64,000 nt of DNA from Terriglobia bacterium (GCA_965198225.1 CBDAOY010000007.1:736001-800000); one strand, 5' to 3'. Numbered from the stretch's first letter, positions 20,891 to 31,505 are shown. The notes: generated by a model not told the origin, from the sequence alone. Translations and numbers: made by a program.

Positions 20891-21162
20891 GAAACCTCCG
20901 TCTTGCTACAACCTTTTCATTATAGGGACGCTAGCAAATCCTAACAAGTAGCTGCTCCCCGGTGAGAGGTCGGGCAAGCTTGGGAGCGGGGTCCTGTGAC
21001 GTAGGGCTCAAGCAGCACGAAAACGGGCCTCCCGAAACGGGATAAATCCCTGACTATCAGTCAACTGACACACAGTTGCCGCCCCCGAGTCAAGGTTGCA
21101 ATGGGCCGTAGAATCCGGTACCGTAAGTACTTTGTAATCACCGCAGGAGGAAAACAAGTCAA

Positions 21163-22911
21163 ATGGTTAACAAACCCGAAGAATTGGCCGACGCTCCGTC
21201 GCAGGAAACGACGAGCGGCGGTCAATTTGCAGATTCCCAAGGAGGAGAGGAGGAAGAAAGCTACGAAAAGCTTTTGGATCAGTACGGTGGAATACGGAAG
21301 TTCGCCGAAGGCGAGGTGTTGAAGGGGACGGTCTTGAAGATCACGTCGACCGACGTGGTCGTCGATATCGGTTACAAGTCCGAAGGAGTCATACCCATAA
21401 ACCAGTTTCAAACGCCGTCCGGAGACCCCGAGGTCGCTATTGGCGATGTCGTCGACGTGTTCATTGAGAATACGGAGGACTACGAGGGACATATCGTACT
21501 GTCGAAGGAGAAGGCCGAGAAGGTACGAGTTTGGGAAGATGTCGAGAAAGCCTACAACGAAGAGACAGTCATCGACGGCCGTGTGATCGAAAGGATCAAG
21601 GGCGGGTTGGCTGTCGACATCGGTGTTCGAGCATTCCTTCCCGGTTCCCAGATCGACGTCCGGCCGGTAAAGAACCTGGATTCCTTGCGGGGTCAGGAGA
21701 TCCAGTGTCGCGTGATCAAGCTGAACAGAAAGCGCGGCAACATCGTGCTTTCCCGGAAGCTGGTCCTGGAACAGGCACTGAACATCAGGAAGGCCGAAAC
21801 CCTCGCAAACTTGCGGGACGACGCCGTCATCACCGGTGTCGTCAAGAACATTACCGATTACGGGGTGTTCATCGATCTGGGCGGACTCGATGGTCTGCTG
21901 CACGTGACAGACCTGTCCTGGGGGCGCGTCAACCACCCCTCCGAGCTGTTCAGCGTCGGCGACGAGATCACTGTGAAAGTCCTCAAGTTCGACCGTGAAA
22001 AGGAACGGGTGTCGCTGGGGTACAAGCAGTTAACGCCGGATCCCTGGTCCCTGATCCATGAGCGCTATCCGATAGGCTCCCGTGTGCAGGGAAAGGTGGT
22101 CAACATCACCGACTACGGGGCTTTCGTGGAACTGGAAACCGGTGTCGAAGGCCTGATCCACGTTTCTGAGATGTCCTGGAGCAAGCGGGTCAAACATCCG
22201 TCGAAGGTGCTCGACGCCGGCCAGGAGGTAGAGGCCGTCGTCCTGGACCTGGACAGTGATGGAAGACGGATATCGCTAGGCTTGAAGCAGATCGGGCCCG
22301 ATCCCTGGGTGACGCTGGCCGGGCGGTATGCCGTCGGATCGGTAATCGAGGGCCGCGTCCGGAACCTGACAGACTTCGGTGCTTTTATCGAGGTCGAAGA
22401 GGGCATTGACGGGCTTGTGCATGTTTCGGACATTTCTCAGCGACGAATCAAACATCCGTCCGAGATCCTCAAGAAGGGCGAGCAGGTTCAGGCCATCATC
22501 CTGAACATCGACATCGACAACCATCGGTTGTCGATGGGAATCCGGCAGCTTCAGCCCGACGTCTGGGACCAGTTCTTCGATTCCCATCACGTCGGTGACA
22601 ACGTGCGGGGTAGAATCGTCCGGCACGCCCCGTTCGGCATCTTCGTCGAACTGGACGAGGGCATCGAAGGTCTGTGCCACATCTCGGAGATCGACGACGA
22701 TGATCGCGACAATCCTGAGGAACGCTTCAAAGTCGGCGACGAAGTCGAACTGCGGGTCATAAAACTGAACCCATCGGAGCGGAAGATCGGCCTCAGCTAC
22801 AAGGCGCTGGCCGAGGATGTCGAGCGGCAGGAAATGAACGAGTACCGTGCCGCATCGGACGGAAGCGCGACGTTGGCGGATCTTTTCACGAAGGACGCGA
22901 ATAACAACTGA
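21163..22911 (+). CDS. rpsA: 30S ribosomal protein S1
   Basis: Repeated S1 domains (DYGVFIDLGG, DGLLHVTDLSW, etc.). Confidence 0.97.
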   Translation: MVNKPEELADAPSQETTSGGQFADSQGGEEEESYEKLLDQYGGIRKFAEGEVLKGTVLKITSTDVVVDIGYKSEGVIPINQFQTPSGDPEVAIGDVVDVFIENTEDYEGHIVLSKEKAEKVRVWEDVEKAYNEETVIDGRVIERIKGGLAVDIGVRAFLPGSQIDVRPVKNLDSLRGQEIQCRVIKLNRKRGNIVLSRKLVLEQALNIRKAETLANLRDDAVITGVVKNITDYGVFIDLGGLDGLLHVTDLSWGRVNHPSELFSVGDEITVKVLKFDREKERVSLGYKQLTPDPWSLIHERYPIGSRVQGKVVNITDYGAFVELETGVEGLIHVSEMSWSKRVKHPSKVLDAGQEVEAVVLDLDSDGRRISLGLKQIGPDPWVTLAGRYAVGSVIEGRVRNLTDFGAFIEVEEGIDGLVHVSDISQRRIKHPSEILKKGEQVQAIILNIDIDNHRLSMGIRQLQPDVWDQFFDSHHVGDNVRGRIVRHAPFGIFVELDEGIEGLCHISEIDDDDRDNPEERFKVGDEVELRVIKLNPSERKIGLSYKALAEDVERQEMNEYRAASDGSATLADLFTKDANNN

Positions 22912-22986
22912 TCTCGGTGGTGCTTGCCCTTTCCCGGGTGTGGCGCGGAACCGGTCGACCGGTTCCACAACCGGAACGTACGCGTT

Positions 22987-23883
22987 ATGCGCAATCGCAT
23001 GCTCATATGGCTCCTCCTGGGTGGTGGAGCCCTTGTGCTCTTCTCGGTGACCGTCGTCGCGCTCGTCCTCACTCTCGCCCAACCCGACGGTGGCGGGGAT
23101 TTCGGCTTTTCCGACAGGATCCAGGTTGTCGACATCGAAGGGCCACTGTTGGATTCCCGATTCCTGCTGCAGCAGTTGAAGAGGTACGAGGAATCCGATT
23201 CCGTACAAGGCATTCTGCTCAACATCGACTCGCCGGGAGGCGGTGTGGCCGTGTCGCAGGAGCTCTACACCGAAGTGCGGCGGCTCAGGGAGGAGAAGGA
23301 CAAGACCGTTGTTGCCTACCTGTCTTCGGTGGGGGCGTCGGGAGCGTACTACGTTGCCTGCGCCGCCGATCAGATCGTCGCCAGCCCAGGTTCGGTCGTG
23401 GGCAGCATCGGTGTGATTATGGAGTGGTTGAACTACGGTGAACTCCTCGAGTGGGCGAAGTTGAGCAACATCGTGTTCACGAGCGGAGAGTTCAAAGACA
23501 CCGGCACTCCGACCCGCGAGCCGACTGCCTCGGAGCAGGAGTATTTCCAGGGGTTGATCGACGATATGTACGTCCAGTTCGTCGAAGCCGTGGCCACGGG
23601 GCGCGACCTGGATATTGCCGACGTTCGCGAGTTTGCCGACGGACGGGTCTTCACGGGCAGGGCCGCCAAAGAACGGGAGATGATCGACGAGGTGGGCAAC
23701 TTTCAGGATGCGGTGAACCTGACGGCCCGGCTCGCGGGTATCTCCGGGAAACCGCGGCTGGTGCGGCTCGGTCGCGAGCGAGTGACCCTTCTCGACGTGC
23801 TCACGAGCGATATTTCTCAAGTTCTTCCCGCAAGCAGGCAGGCGTTCGGATCACAGATTCGGTTCCAGTATCTGTGGAAATGA
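22987..23883 (+). CDS. sppA: Signal peptide peptidase SppA (short form)
   Basis: IDSPGG, ASGAYYVA, GSIGV, DGRVFTG. Confidence 0.93.
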   Translation: MRNRMLIWLLLGGGALVLFSVTVVALVLTLAQPDGGGDFGFSDRIQVVDIEGPLLDSRFLLQQLKRYEESDSVQGILLNIDSPGGGVAVSQELYTEVRRLREEKDKTVVAYLSSVGASGAYYVACAADQIVASPGSVVGSIGVIMEWLNYGELLEWAKLSNIVFTSGEFKDTGTPTREPTASEQEYFQGLIDDMYVQFVEAVATGRDLDIADVREFADGRVFTGRAAKEREMIDEVGNFQDAVNLTARLAGISGKPRLVRLGRERVTLLDVLTSDISQVLPASRQAFGSQIRFQYLWK

Positions 23884-23947
23884 CAGCAGACGGCGAGGCC
23901 CCTCTTACAGGCGACGCCGGCAAAAAGGTGTAAGGAGTTAAAGGGTA

Positions 23948-24283
23948 ATGACCAAGGCAGACCTGGTTGAAGAGGTAGCCCGCGTGACTCAGTTGACGCG
24001 AAAGGATTCGGAAGTCATCGTGGACACCCTGTTTGAGAATGTAATCAAAGCTCTCAAAGCCGGGGACAAACTCGAGGTGCGAGGCTTCGGCAGCTTTCGA
24101 GTGCGGCAACGGAACGCCCGCGTGGGACGCAATCCCAAGACGGGTGAAAAAGTCGAAGTGCCGGCCAAGCGAGTTCCTTACTTCAAGCCGAGCAAGGAGC
24201 TCAAGGATCTGATCAATCAGAAGTCGACGCTTTTCAGTGCCGAGCCCGTTGAGCCCGCTCCCCCGGAAAGTCCCGGCTTCTGA
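23948..24283 (+). CDS. ihfB: Integration host factor beta / HU-family protein
   Basis: MTKADL, RGFGSF, GRNPKTG, FKPSKELK; rpsA-sppA-ihfB synteny. Confidence 0.9.
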   Translation: MTKADLVEEVARVTQLTRKDSEVIVDTLFENVIKALKAGDKLEVRGFGSFRVRQRNARVGRNPKTGEKVEVPAKRVPYFKPSKELKDLINQKSTLFSAEPVEPAPPESPGF

Positions 24284-24284
24284 G

Positions 24285-24770
24285 GTGGATTTTCTTCGGA
24301 GTCCGTGGCGGTACAACTACGTCCGATCCGCCACGGAGTCCGTTCCTGCTGATTGCGTGTTCTGCGTCGCCGAGTCCACGGACCAGGATGCCGAGCGGTT
24401 GATCCTTTACCGGGGGCGCCTCAATTTCGTCATCATGAACTTGTTCCCGTACACGTCGGGACATCTCATGGTGGCGCCCTACCGACACATCGGCAACATC
24501 ATCGACGCCGTCGCCGAACAACTCGAAGAGATGATGACGCTGTCCAGGCAGGCTGTCAGTGTCCTGGACGACGTGTACCGTCCCGAGGGCTACAACATGG
24601 GGCTGAATCTCGGGCAGGCCGCAGGCGCCGGCATAAGAGATCACATGCACCTGCATGTCGTCCCGCGATGGGTCGGGGACACGAATTTCATGACTGCCAC
24701 TGGTGAAACCCGGGTCCTGCCGGAAGATCTGGAAGTGGGGTATGAGATGCTGAAACCCCTGTTTAACTGA
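24285..24770 (+). CDS. HIT-family hydrolase
   Basis: PWR, CVFC, NLFPYTSGH, HMHLHVVPRW. Confidence 0.92.
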   Translation: MDFLRSPWRYNYVRSATESVPADCVFCVAESTDQDAERLILYRGRLNFVIMNLFPYTSGHLMVAPYRHIGNIIDAVAEQLEEMMTLSRQAVSVLDDVYRPEGYNMGLNLGQAAGAGIRDHMHLHVVPRWVGDTNFMTATGETRVLPEDLEVGYEMLKPLFN

Positions 24771-24807
24771 CATCTCGGAGGTCGACCGACACCTCTGCTT
24801 ACCGGAC

Positions 24808-24853
24808 ACCCGGGGACAGGGCCAGGCCCCTGTCCCCCTCACATTGGCTCTCT
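24808..24853. repeat. Palindromic repeat family B (reverse orientation)
   Basis: cccggggacagggccaggcccctgtccccctcacattggctctc. Confidence 0.85.
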
Positions 24854-24891
24854 CTCGGTTCCTTTCGCGCCAACGGACAACGGCTTACGGC

Positions 24892-25345
24892 CTACGACCT
24901 GATCTCCTTCTCCATCAAATAGGCGTCCGCCCCGTTGCCGTAGTAGCCCCTCAGAGTCTGGCGGGTTCCAAACCCGTGCTTTTGGTAAAAAGCGATCGCG
25001 CTCTCGTTCGAGACGTCAACCTGCAGCCGGTAGCGGCTGATGTTCTGTTTGCGGAGCACCTCCTCGGAACGCGCGAGTAGGAGGGATCCGATACCCGCGT
25101 TGCGGTGCGGCTCGACCACATCCAGGGTCACGAGTGTGGCGCGTCGGCTCTCAGGCTCACTCTCCAGAACAAGGAATCCGACTGTCTCGCCTTCGACTTC
25201 GGCCACCAGATTCGTGGCTCCGACCTGGGACATGAAATAGCTGAGTTCCCATCGATCGTAAGCAACTTCTGGCGGATAGCAGCTCTGGTCGATGGCGAGT
25301 AGTGTCGGGAAATCCGCAGCCGGCCATCCGGATTCGTCTTTTCAT
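24892..25345 (-). pseudogene. RimI-like GNAT acetyltransferase with frameshift near codon 9
   Basis: MKRRIRMA, one extra base near 25321, then AADFPTLLAIDQSCYPP...HRNAGIGS...NESAIAFYQKHGF...YYGNGADA. Confidence 0.75.
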
Positions 25346-25387
25346 CGTTGAAGAATCCAGTTCTTTGTACTTATGATAACTCTATAG

Positions 25388-25633
25388 ATGCAGCGTTGCT
25401 TCCATCTCTATGGATCCGGCCGGCAGTGTGAGTCAGAAGCCGTGCCGGGTAGCGATTTCTGTGAGAGTCATATCTCCGAGGTCGATTTCGAGAGACTCAA
25501 AGACGGGCCCTTCAGGAAGCTGGCACTGAAGATCGTAGCCCTCATTCTGTTGATCATGTTCATGGTTCCGTTCTACTACACGCTCAAGTCTCTCTACGCT
25601 AGTCGCCCGACCCAGGCCCAGGAGGGCTGGTGA
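25388..25633 (+). CDS. Small protein with CCCH-type Zn motif and TM helix
   Basis: C..C..CESH followed by a hydrophobic helix; overlaps the next gene (GTGA). Confidence 0.7.
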   Translation: MQRCFHLYGSGRQCESEAVPGSDFCESHISEVDFERLKDGPFRKLALKIVALILLIMFMVPFYYTLKSLYASRPTQAQEGW

Positions 25634-26415
25634 GGCGCAGGATAGTCGCGGCGTCGATCGTCTTCGGTCTCCTGGCTGCTGCGGGCGTGTTCGCTCAACA
25701 AGAATTAGGCCTGCTGGGACGGTATGACGATGCCAGGTTTGTCGACCAGAACAAGCAGACGACGAACCAGTTCGCCTTCACGAGACTGATCTACAACGGT
25801 CGGATTCCCGCCTACATCAAGAATTGGTACACGGACTGGCCCGCGGCCGACCGGCAGCTGATCATGGGAATCCAACGGCTGTCGAACCTCAACATCGCGG
25901 ACGAAGAACGTCTGATTCCCCTGAACGACCCCGATCTTTTCGAGTATCCCTTCCTCTACACAAGCGAGCCCGGCCAGATGGTTTTGACCCAATCCGATGC
26001 AGCAATCATGCGGGAGTATCTGGAACGTGGCGGTTTTTGGGTCGTGGATGATTTCTGGGGCAGCTTCGAGTGGGCGAACTTCGAAGGCCAGATTCAGAAG
26101 ATACTGCCGGGCGCCGAGATAAAGGACATACCGCGAGACCACCCGATCTTCCACTGTTTCTACGACATCGACGAACTCATCCAGGTGCCGAGCCTGAACT
26201 ATGTCTACACCGGCATGATCATAGAACAGGACGGCTTCGAGGCGTTTTGCCGGGGGATCTGGGACGAGGATGGACGACTCATGGTTGTCATCAACCATAA
26301 TACTGACCTCGGTGATGCCTACGAGCACGCCGACCATCCACAGTATCCGAACTACTTTTCAGGCTATGCCTATCGGCTGGCCATCAACTTCATCATCTAC
26401 GCGCTCACTCATTGA
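25630..26415 (+). CDS. DUF4159-domain secreted protein
   Basis: WYTDWP, YPFLY, YLERGGFWVVDDF, HPIFHCFY, INFIIYALTH. Confidence 0.88.
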   Translation: MRRRIVAASIVFGLLAAAGVFAQQELGLLGRYDDARFVDQNKQTTNQFAFTRLIYNGRIPAYIKNWYTDWPAADRQLIMGIQRLSNLNIADEERLIPLNDPDLFEYPFLYTSEPGQMVLTQSDAAIMREYLERGGFWVVDDFWGSFEWANFEGQIQKILPGAEIKDIPRDHPIFHCFYDIDELIQVPSLNYVYTGMIIEQDGFEAFCRGIWDEDGRLMVVINHNTDLGDAYEHADHPQYPNYFSGYAYRLAINFIIYALTH

Positions 26416-26987
26416 TTGCAGCCATCGTTCTTGCCGCCGGAAAGTCTGAACGGATGGGCCAACCGAAGGCCCTGTTGCCGTATCAGGGTTCCACGTTTCT
26501 CGAGCACATACTCACAGCGATCGAGGAGTCGACGATCGACGAGACCGTCGTGGTCGTTGGACACCACCGCGAAGCCATCGCCCGGCGAGTCGATCTGCAT
26601 TCGGTGGTCTACAATGAGGACTATGAGGCGGGTATGGTGACCTCGCTTCAGGCAGGGATCCGCGTCCTGCCCGACGAAGCTGCCGGCGCTGTCATCTTTC
26701 TCGTGGACCACCCCGTGATAGGACACAAGACCATTGACGCACTGCTGTCGCGGTTCGAATCGGGTGCCATCCTTCTGCCGGTGTACGAAGGGCGGCGCGG
26801 CCACCCCGTGCTGTTCTCGAGGGCTGTTCTCGATGAAGTCCTGGAACTGCCGGCGTCGTTGGGAGCGAACGCCGTCGTCCGGAGGCGTCCGGAACGAGTC
26901 ATCGAAGTCGAAGTCGATGAGCCCGGTATCCTGGTGGATGTGGATACACCGGAACAATTGGAATCTTTAAGAAGTGACGAGTGTTGA
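26412..26987 (+). CDS. MocA/MobA-like nucleotidyltransferase (Moco cytidylyltransferase-like)
   Basis: LAAGKSERMGQPKALL, DHP, GHPVLF, DVDTP. Confidence 0.88.
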   Translation: MIAAIVLAAGKSERMGQPKALLPYQGSTFLEHILTAIEESTIDETVVVVGHHREAIARRVDLHSVVYNEDYEAGMVTSLQAGIRVLPDEAAGAVIFLVDHPVIGHKTIDALLSRFESGAILLPVYEGRRGHPVLFSRAVLDEVLELPASLGANAVVRRRPERVIEVEVDEPGILVDVDTPEQLESLRSDEC

Positions 26988-27063
26988 AGAAGTGGCCAGT
27001 GACGAGGAACCCCCCGTCTGCGCCTTGCTCTTTCCTCTGACTACTGAATACTGAAAGGTAAGA

Positions 27064-28698
27064 ATGTCCAGCCAAATTCTTTCGGGGCGTTTTCATGGCG
27101 ATCGGCCGGCACCTAATGCCTTCGGCACTCGCTCGCCTGTGCTCGGAACCCACGGCATGGTGGCGACATCTCAGCCTCTGGCCTCGGCCGCCGCGTTGCG
27201 TGTCCTGCAGGACGGAGGGAACGCCATCGACGCGGCGATCTCGGCCGGCGCGGTGTTGAATGTCGTGGAGCCGATGAGCACCGGCATCGGCGGTGACATG
27301 TTCGCGCTTGTTTTCATGCAGAAGGATGGCAAGACGGTGGGGCTGAACGGCAGTGGCTGGTCCGGGTCGGGCTCGACGATCGATTTCTTCCGGCGGAACG
27401 GCCTGGACTCGATCTCGAGTGACAGCATCCATTCGGTGTCGGTTCCGGGTGCCGTCGATGGATGGTTCACGCTGCACGACCGGTACGGGGTTCTTCCGAT
27501 GCCTCGCCTGCTCGAGCCCTCCATCGAATATGCCGAGGATGGGTTCGCTGTATCGGAGGTCATCGCCGGGCAGTGGAAGCGCAACGAAGAACGTCTGCAG
27601 AGGTATCCCACGACCGCTCGGAGCTACCTGATCGGCGGCCGCACACCCAAGCACGGCGAGCTGTTTCGTTCTCCGGGCCTGGCCCGAAGCCTTCGGGAGA
27701 TATCGGAAGGTGGCCGCGAGGCGTTCTACAAGGGCAGGATTGCCGAGGAGATCGTGCGATGCTCGGATGAGCTGGGAGGCTTCCTGACGATGGACGATCT
27801 CGGTGAGTTCCGCGCGGAGTGGGTCGACCCGATCAGTACTGAGTACCGAAGGCACCAGGTGTTCGAACTGCCGGCCAACACGCAGGGACTGGTCGCGCTC
27901 GAAATGCTCAACATTCTCGAAGAGTTCGACCTCGCCGGGATGGGACACAATTCTACGGAGTACCTGCACCGATTCATCGAGACCAAGAAGCTTGCGTTTG
28001 CGGACCGGGACGCTTATATCGCGGATCCGAGCCGGGCGAGCATCCCGATGGAGGGCCTGATTTCGAAGGGCTATGCCTCCGATCGCCGCCGGCTGATCGA
28101 CCCGAACCTGGCCGCCGCGGCAACCCAGCCCGGGCTCCCGGAGCAGGGAGACACCGTCTACCTGAGCGTCGTCGACGGGGAACGGAACGCCGTTTCGTTC
28201 ATAAACAGCCTGTTCTGGGGTTTCGGCTCGTCGATCGTCGCCGGGGACACCGGTATCTTCCTGCAGAACCGGGCGTCTCTGTTCTCGTTAGATTCACACC
28301 ATCCGAACAAGGTCGAACCCCGTAAGAGACCGCTCCACACGCTGATCCCGGGCATGGTGCTCCGGGACGGGCGTCCCTGCTTCTCGTTCGGAGTGATGGG
28401 CGGAGACATGCAGCCGCAGGGCCATGCGCAAGTGCTCGCCAACCTGATCGACTTCGGGATGGACGCCCAGGAAGCCGGAGAGGCCCCCCGTTTCTGTCAC
28501 TCGTCCGAGGGCGTCTCTCTGGAGTCGGCCATCAGTGGGCGGGTTCGCTCACAGTTGGCCGAGAAGGGACACGACATCATCTCCGGCCAGGGTCCGTTCG
28601 GCTTCGGCGGCTACCAGGGCATCTGGATCGACCCTGAAAGCAACGTTCTCTTCGGCGGCTCGGATCCGAGAAAAGATGGATGTGCGATGGGGTGGTAA
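27064..28698 (+). CDS. ggt: Gamma-glutamyltransferase family
   Basis: GGNAIDAA, GIGGDMF, GDTVY (catalytic Thr), HTLIPG, GVMGG, GSDPRKDG. Confidence 0.93.
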   Translation: MSSQILSGRFHGDRPAPNAFGTRSPVLGTHGMVATSQPLASAAALRVLQDGGNAIDAAISAGAVLNVVEPMSTGIGGDMFALVFMQKDGKTVGLNGSGWSGSGSTIDFFRRNGLDSISSDSIHSVSVPGAVDGWFTLHDRYGVLPMPRLLEPSIEYAEDGFAVSEVIAGQWKRNEERLQRYPTTARSYLIGGRTPKHGELFRSPGLARSLREISEGGREAFYKGRIAEEIVRCSDELGGFLTMDDLGEFRAEWVDPISTEYRRHQVFELPANTQGLVALEMLNILEEFDLAGMGHNSTEYLHRFIETKKLAFADRDAYIADPSRASIPMEGLISKGYASDRRRLIDPNLAAAATQPGLPEQGDTVYLSVVDGERNAVSFINSLFWGFGSSIVAGDTGIFLQNRASLFSLDSHHPNKVEPRKRPLHTLIPGMVLRDGRPCFSFGVMGGDMQPQGHAQVLANLIDFGMDAQEAGEAPRFCHSSEGVSLESAISGRVRSQLAEKGHDIISGQGPFGFGGYQGIWIDPESNVLFGGSDPRKDGCAMGW

Positions 28699-28862
28699 CC
28701 ACCCCGTCTGCGCCTTTTGCGCAGCCGCCCCTCTTGAATCAGGAGGGGAGTCCAAGGGAAGTGACTCGTGACAAGAGACGAGTGACGAGTAGGACCGGCC
28801 GCCGCCGGGACCGGTAATCCGATTCCCTCCGACTCGTCACTTGTCACTGGTCACTTGTCACT
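28697..28862. repeat. Family G palindrome (AACCACCCCGTCTGCGCC...CCCCTCTTGAATCAGGAGGGG) plus inverted GTGACAA/GTGACGA heptamer arrays
   Basis: G partial copies near 27008 and 13753 (reverse); heptamers at about 28760-28790 and 28830-28862 are inverted. Confidence 0.7.
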
Positions 28863-28932
28863 TAAATCCCCCCGCCACTCTGCTATCATAGGATTCTGCA
28901 GGTTCTCATAAACTCGGAGGGCAAGACGACAG

Positions 28933-29118
28933 ATGGCAGGTGGAAAGCTCAGCAAGACGGCGCGCGCGAGTCTAGGAAAAGGTAAGGAAACTGGCGCGGC
29001 CAAGATCTGTCCACAGTGCGAAACTCCGATGGTGGCGACCAAAGTGATCAAGTCAGCCCGGGCGCCCGGGGGCATGTACTGGGTATGTCCCAAGGACGAT
29101 TTCAGGGTCAAGACATAG
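28933..29118 (+). CDS. Small basic zinc-ribbon protein
   Basis: GGAGG RBS; Lys-rich N-terminus, CPQC...WVCPKD. Confidence 0.75.
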   Translation: MAGGKLSKTARASLGKGKETGAAKICPQCETPMVATKVIKSARAPGGMYWVCPKDDFRVKT

Positions 29119-29198
29119 AACTCCGTCTATGACGACCCGTAAAGGGTTGTATGTCCGAAGTCTTTAACTGATAATGTGTTACCGAAAGTCGGGCAGCG

Positions 29199-29414
29199 AT
29201 GGATCATGATTTCCTAGATGGTATTGACGAGCACTTCGAGCGGCTGATGAAGCGGCACGGAAACGGCAGAAACAACGGCCGCCGCAACGGCCGATCAAGA
29301 GATCGGACCCTCGTCGAAATCATGGAAGAGTTAGACGGAATGACCTCGAGCCAGAAACACGAAGTTCTGAGCTTCATCCAGTCCTTGAGAGGAGACTCGG
29401 AACCGACCGACTAG
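29199..29414 (+). CDS. Small hypothetical protein
   Basis: 71 aa ORF with genome-like codon use, co-oriented with neighbours. Confidence 0.55.
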   Translation: MDHDFLDGIDEHFERLMKRHGNGRNNGRRNGRSRDRTLVEIMEELDGMTSSQKHEVLSFIQSLRGDSEPTD

Positions 29415-29456
29415 CATTCCCCGAAGCACTTCCCGACCCGCCGCGGAGACGCTCAA

Positions 29457-29831
29457 ATGGCAGAGCAAAAACCCAGGCGAGCCCGCCTGGTGTTCCTGAT
29501 GTGGTTGCTCGTCGCGATCTTCTATGCCTATCTGGCGTCGGACTACGTTCAGGTCGTCATGCGTGACGACGAGTTCGCACAATATCTTCAGGTGTCGGTG
29601 CAACTGGTCGGGGCCCAGGACCGTACGAGTCGCGAACTACGCCAGCTCGTGATGGCGAAAGCGCGGGAACTGGAGATTCCAATCGACCCCGAACGGGTGC
29701 AGATCAGCGGGGAAAGACAGACGCTCCGGCTGAACGTCGGCTACGAAGTCGACATCGCCATACCCCTCATTTCCGAGGCCGGCTATCAGAAGGATTTCGA
29801 GCACGAAGTCAGCTTTGGCGGCTCGCAGTGA
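29457..29831 (+). CDS. Single-TM protein, DUF4845/pilin-like
   Basis: Basic N-terminus, TM helix, alpha/beta tail; GGAG RBS. Confidence 0.65.
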   Translation: MAEQKPRRARLVFLMWLLVAIFYAYLASDYVQVVMRDDEFAQYLQVSVQLVGAQDRTSRELRQLVMAKARELEIPIDPERVQISGERQTLRLNVGYEVDIAIPLISEAGYQKDFEHEVSFGGSQ

Positions 29832-29855
29832 TGAGAAGCCACTAGCTCAGCGCTT

Positions 29856-30317
29856 CTACGCCTCGCCCATATCCACAAGGACGTTCCTGTAAACCCGGTA
29901 GAAACTCTCGAATTCAGTGAGGCCCTTCTTCAGGATCGCTCCGAGGTTGGATAAGTCGTTAGGGTTCACGACCAGGTGGACGCTCTGGGCGTAGGCCTGC
30001 ATCGCGTCGAGTGTTCGGAAGGAGTCGCCGACGAGCGCGACGTAGGTGTAGCGACGCTGGGCCATCGGCAACGGAACGAGGTAGTTTAGAACCGCGTTCG
30101 TCGCGAGAATCGAGCTGCTGAACGTCTCGCTGACGACGATCACGTCGTAGGTCGTGTACTTCATCCGCTCGATCGCTCGTTCCGACGTTTCTGCCGTGTG
30201 GCACTTCAAGTCGAGCTCTCCCAGGATAGTCTTCAGCGTATCGGCCGCCGTGGAGTCATCGCAGATCAGCGCCGTCTTGTCTCCAATTTCGAAGAATTCG
30301 CTCTGTTCGGTGCTCAT
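29856..30317 (-). CDS. Receiver-like hypothetical protein downstream of pilT/pilU
   Basis: TALICDD..YDVIVV..MAQRR..RTLDAMQAY pattern. Confidence 0.75.
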   Translation of the reverse strand: MSTEQSEFFEIGDKTALICDDSTAADTLKTILGELDLKCHTAETSERAIERMKYTTYDVIVVSETFSSSILATNAVLNYLVPLPMAQRRYTYVALVGDSFRTLDAMQAYAQSVHLVVNPNDLSNLGAILKKGLTEFESFYRVYRNVLVDMGEA

Positions 30318-30319
30318 GG

Positions 30320-31483
30320 CTATTTCTTCCCGTATTCCGCGTCGAGCGAGAGACCGGCCAGCCCGCTCGTGTCCTCTCCCCGTTCCTTCTTGATCCTGTC
30401 GATGCCCCGAGAAACCACGCCCTTGCTCGTACAGTAGAGCAGGGCCGATTCTTCAGTGATCAAGCCCTTCGTGTACAGGTCGATCATCGTCATGTCGAAG
30501 TTGGTCCATCCGAACGAGCCGGCTGCCTCGATGATTTCGTAGAAGGTCTTGCCCTCCGATTCCCCGTTCTCGACGCAGTCTTTGACTCTCATGTTGTTTC
30601 CCATGATCTCCAGAGCGGCCACTCGACCGCCCCCGACCTTGGGCAGGAGTCGCTGGGCAACGATCCAGCGCAGGGTTTCCGCAAGACGGATCCGGATCTG
30701 CTTCTCCTCTTCCTGCTCGAACATACCAATGATCCGGTTGATCGTCTGACCCGCGTTGATCGTGTGGAGGGTGCTCATGACCAAATGGCCCGTTTCGGCC
30801 GCCGACAGGCCGATCTCGACGGTCTCCCGGTCGCGCATCTCACCAACGAGGATGACTTTGGGCGCCTGCCGGAGAGCGGCACGGAGGCCCGACGCAAACG
30901 TGTCGTAGTCTCCGCCCATCTCCCGCTGGTTGAAAGTAGCCTTCTTCTGGGGGTGGACGAACTCGACGGGGTCTTCCAGGGTCACGATGTGGATGGATTT
31001 CGATTCATTCAGCTCGTTCAACAGCGCAGCAAGCGTCGTCGATTTTCCGCTGCCCGTTGCGCCGGTCACGAGAACCAGGCCCGTCTTCTCCTTAGCCATT
31101 TCGTCGAAGACCGAGGGCAGGTTCAACTGGGCCAGCGTCGGGATATCGGTCGAGAGCCTCCTCAAGATGATCGTGTAGTGGCCGCGCTGCGTGAAGATAT
31201 TGACGCGGAACCGGGCTTTCTGGCCGAGGGAATAGGACTGGTCGCACGAACCGGTTTTCAACAGGTCGATCGTCAAGCGGGTGCTGCTGTTCATCAGATT
31301 CAGGGCCAAGGTCTCCGTCTGGAAGGGAGTCAGCCTGTCGATCGGCGGATCAATGTCGACCTCGACGAGCTGCCCGGAAGACTCTACCTGGAACGGTTTG
31401 TCCGCCGTGATGTTCAGGTCGGACACTCCCGAATGGGAGTCCAACATCGTACCGAGAACATAGTCGACTTCGGCCTTTCTCAT
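30320..31483 (-). CDS. PilT/PilU-family type IV pilus ATPase
   Basis: GATGSGKSTT, TLEDPVE, LVGEMRD, STLHT. Confidence 0.93.
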   Translation of the reverse strand: MRKAEVDYVLGTMLDSHSGVSDLNITADKPFQVESSGQLVEVDIDPPIDRLTPFQTETLALNLMNSSTRLTIDLLKTGSCDQSYSLGQKARFRVNIFTQRGHYTIILRRLSTDIPTLAQLNLPSVFDEMAKEKTGLVLVTGATGSGKSTTLAALLNELNESKSIHIVTLEDPVEFVHPQKKATFNQREMGGDYDTFASGLRAALRQAPKVILVGEMRDRETVEIGLSAAETGHLVMSTLHTINAGQTINRIIGMFEQEEEKQIRIRLAETLRWIVAQRLLPKVGGGRVAALEIMGNNMRVKDCVENGESEGKTFYEIIEAAGSFGWTNFDMTMIDLYTKGLITEESALLYCTSKGVVSRGIDRIKKERGEDTSGLAGLSLDAEYGKK

Positions 31484-31505
31484 CGTGCACTACTCCCGGG
31501 CTGTC

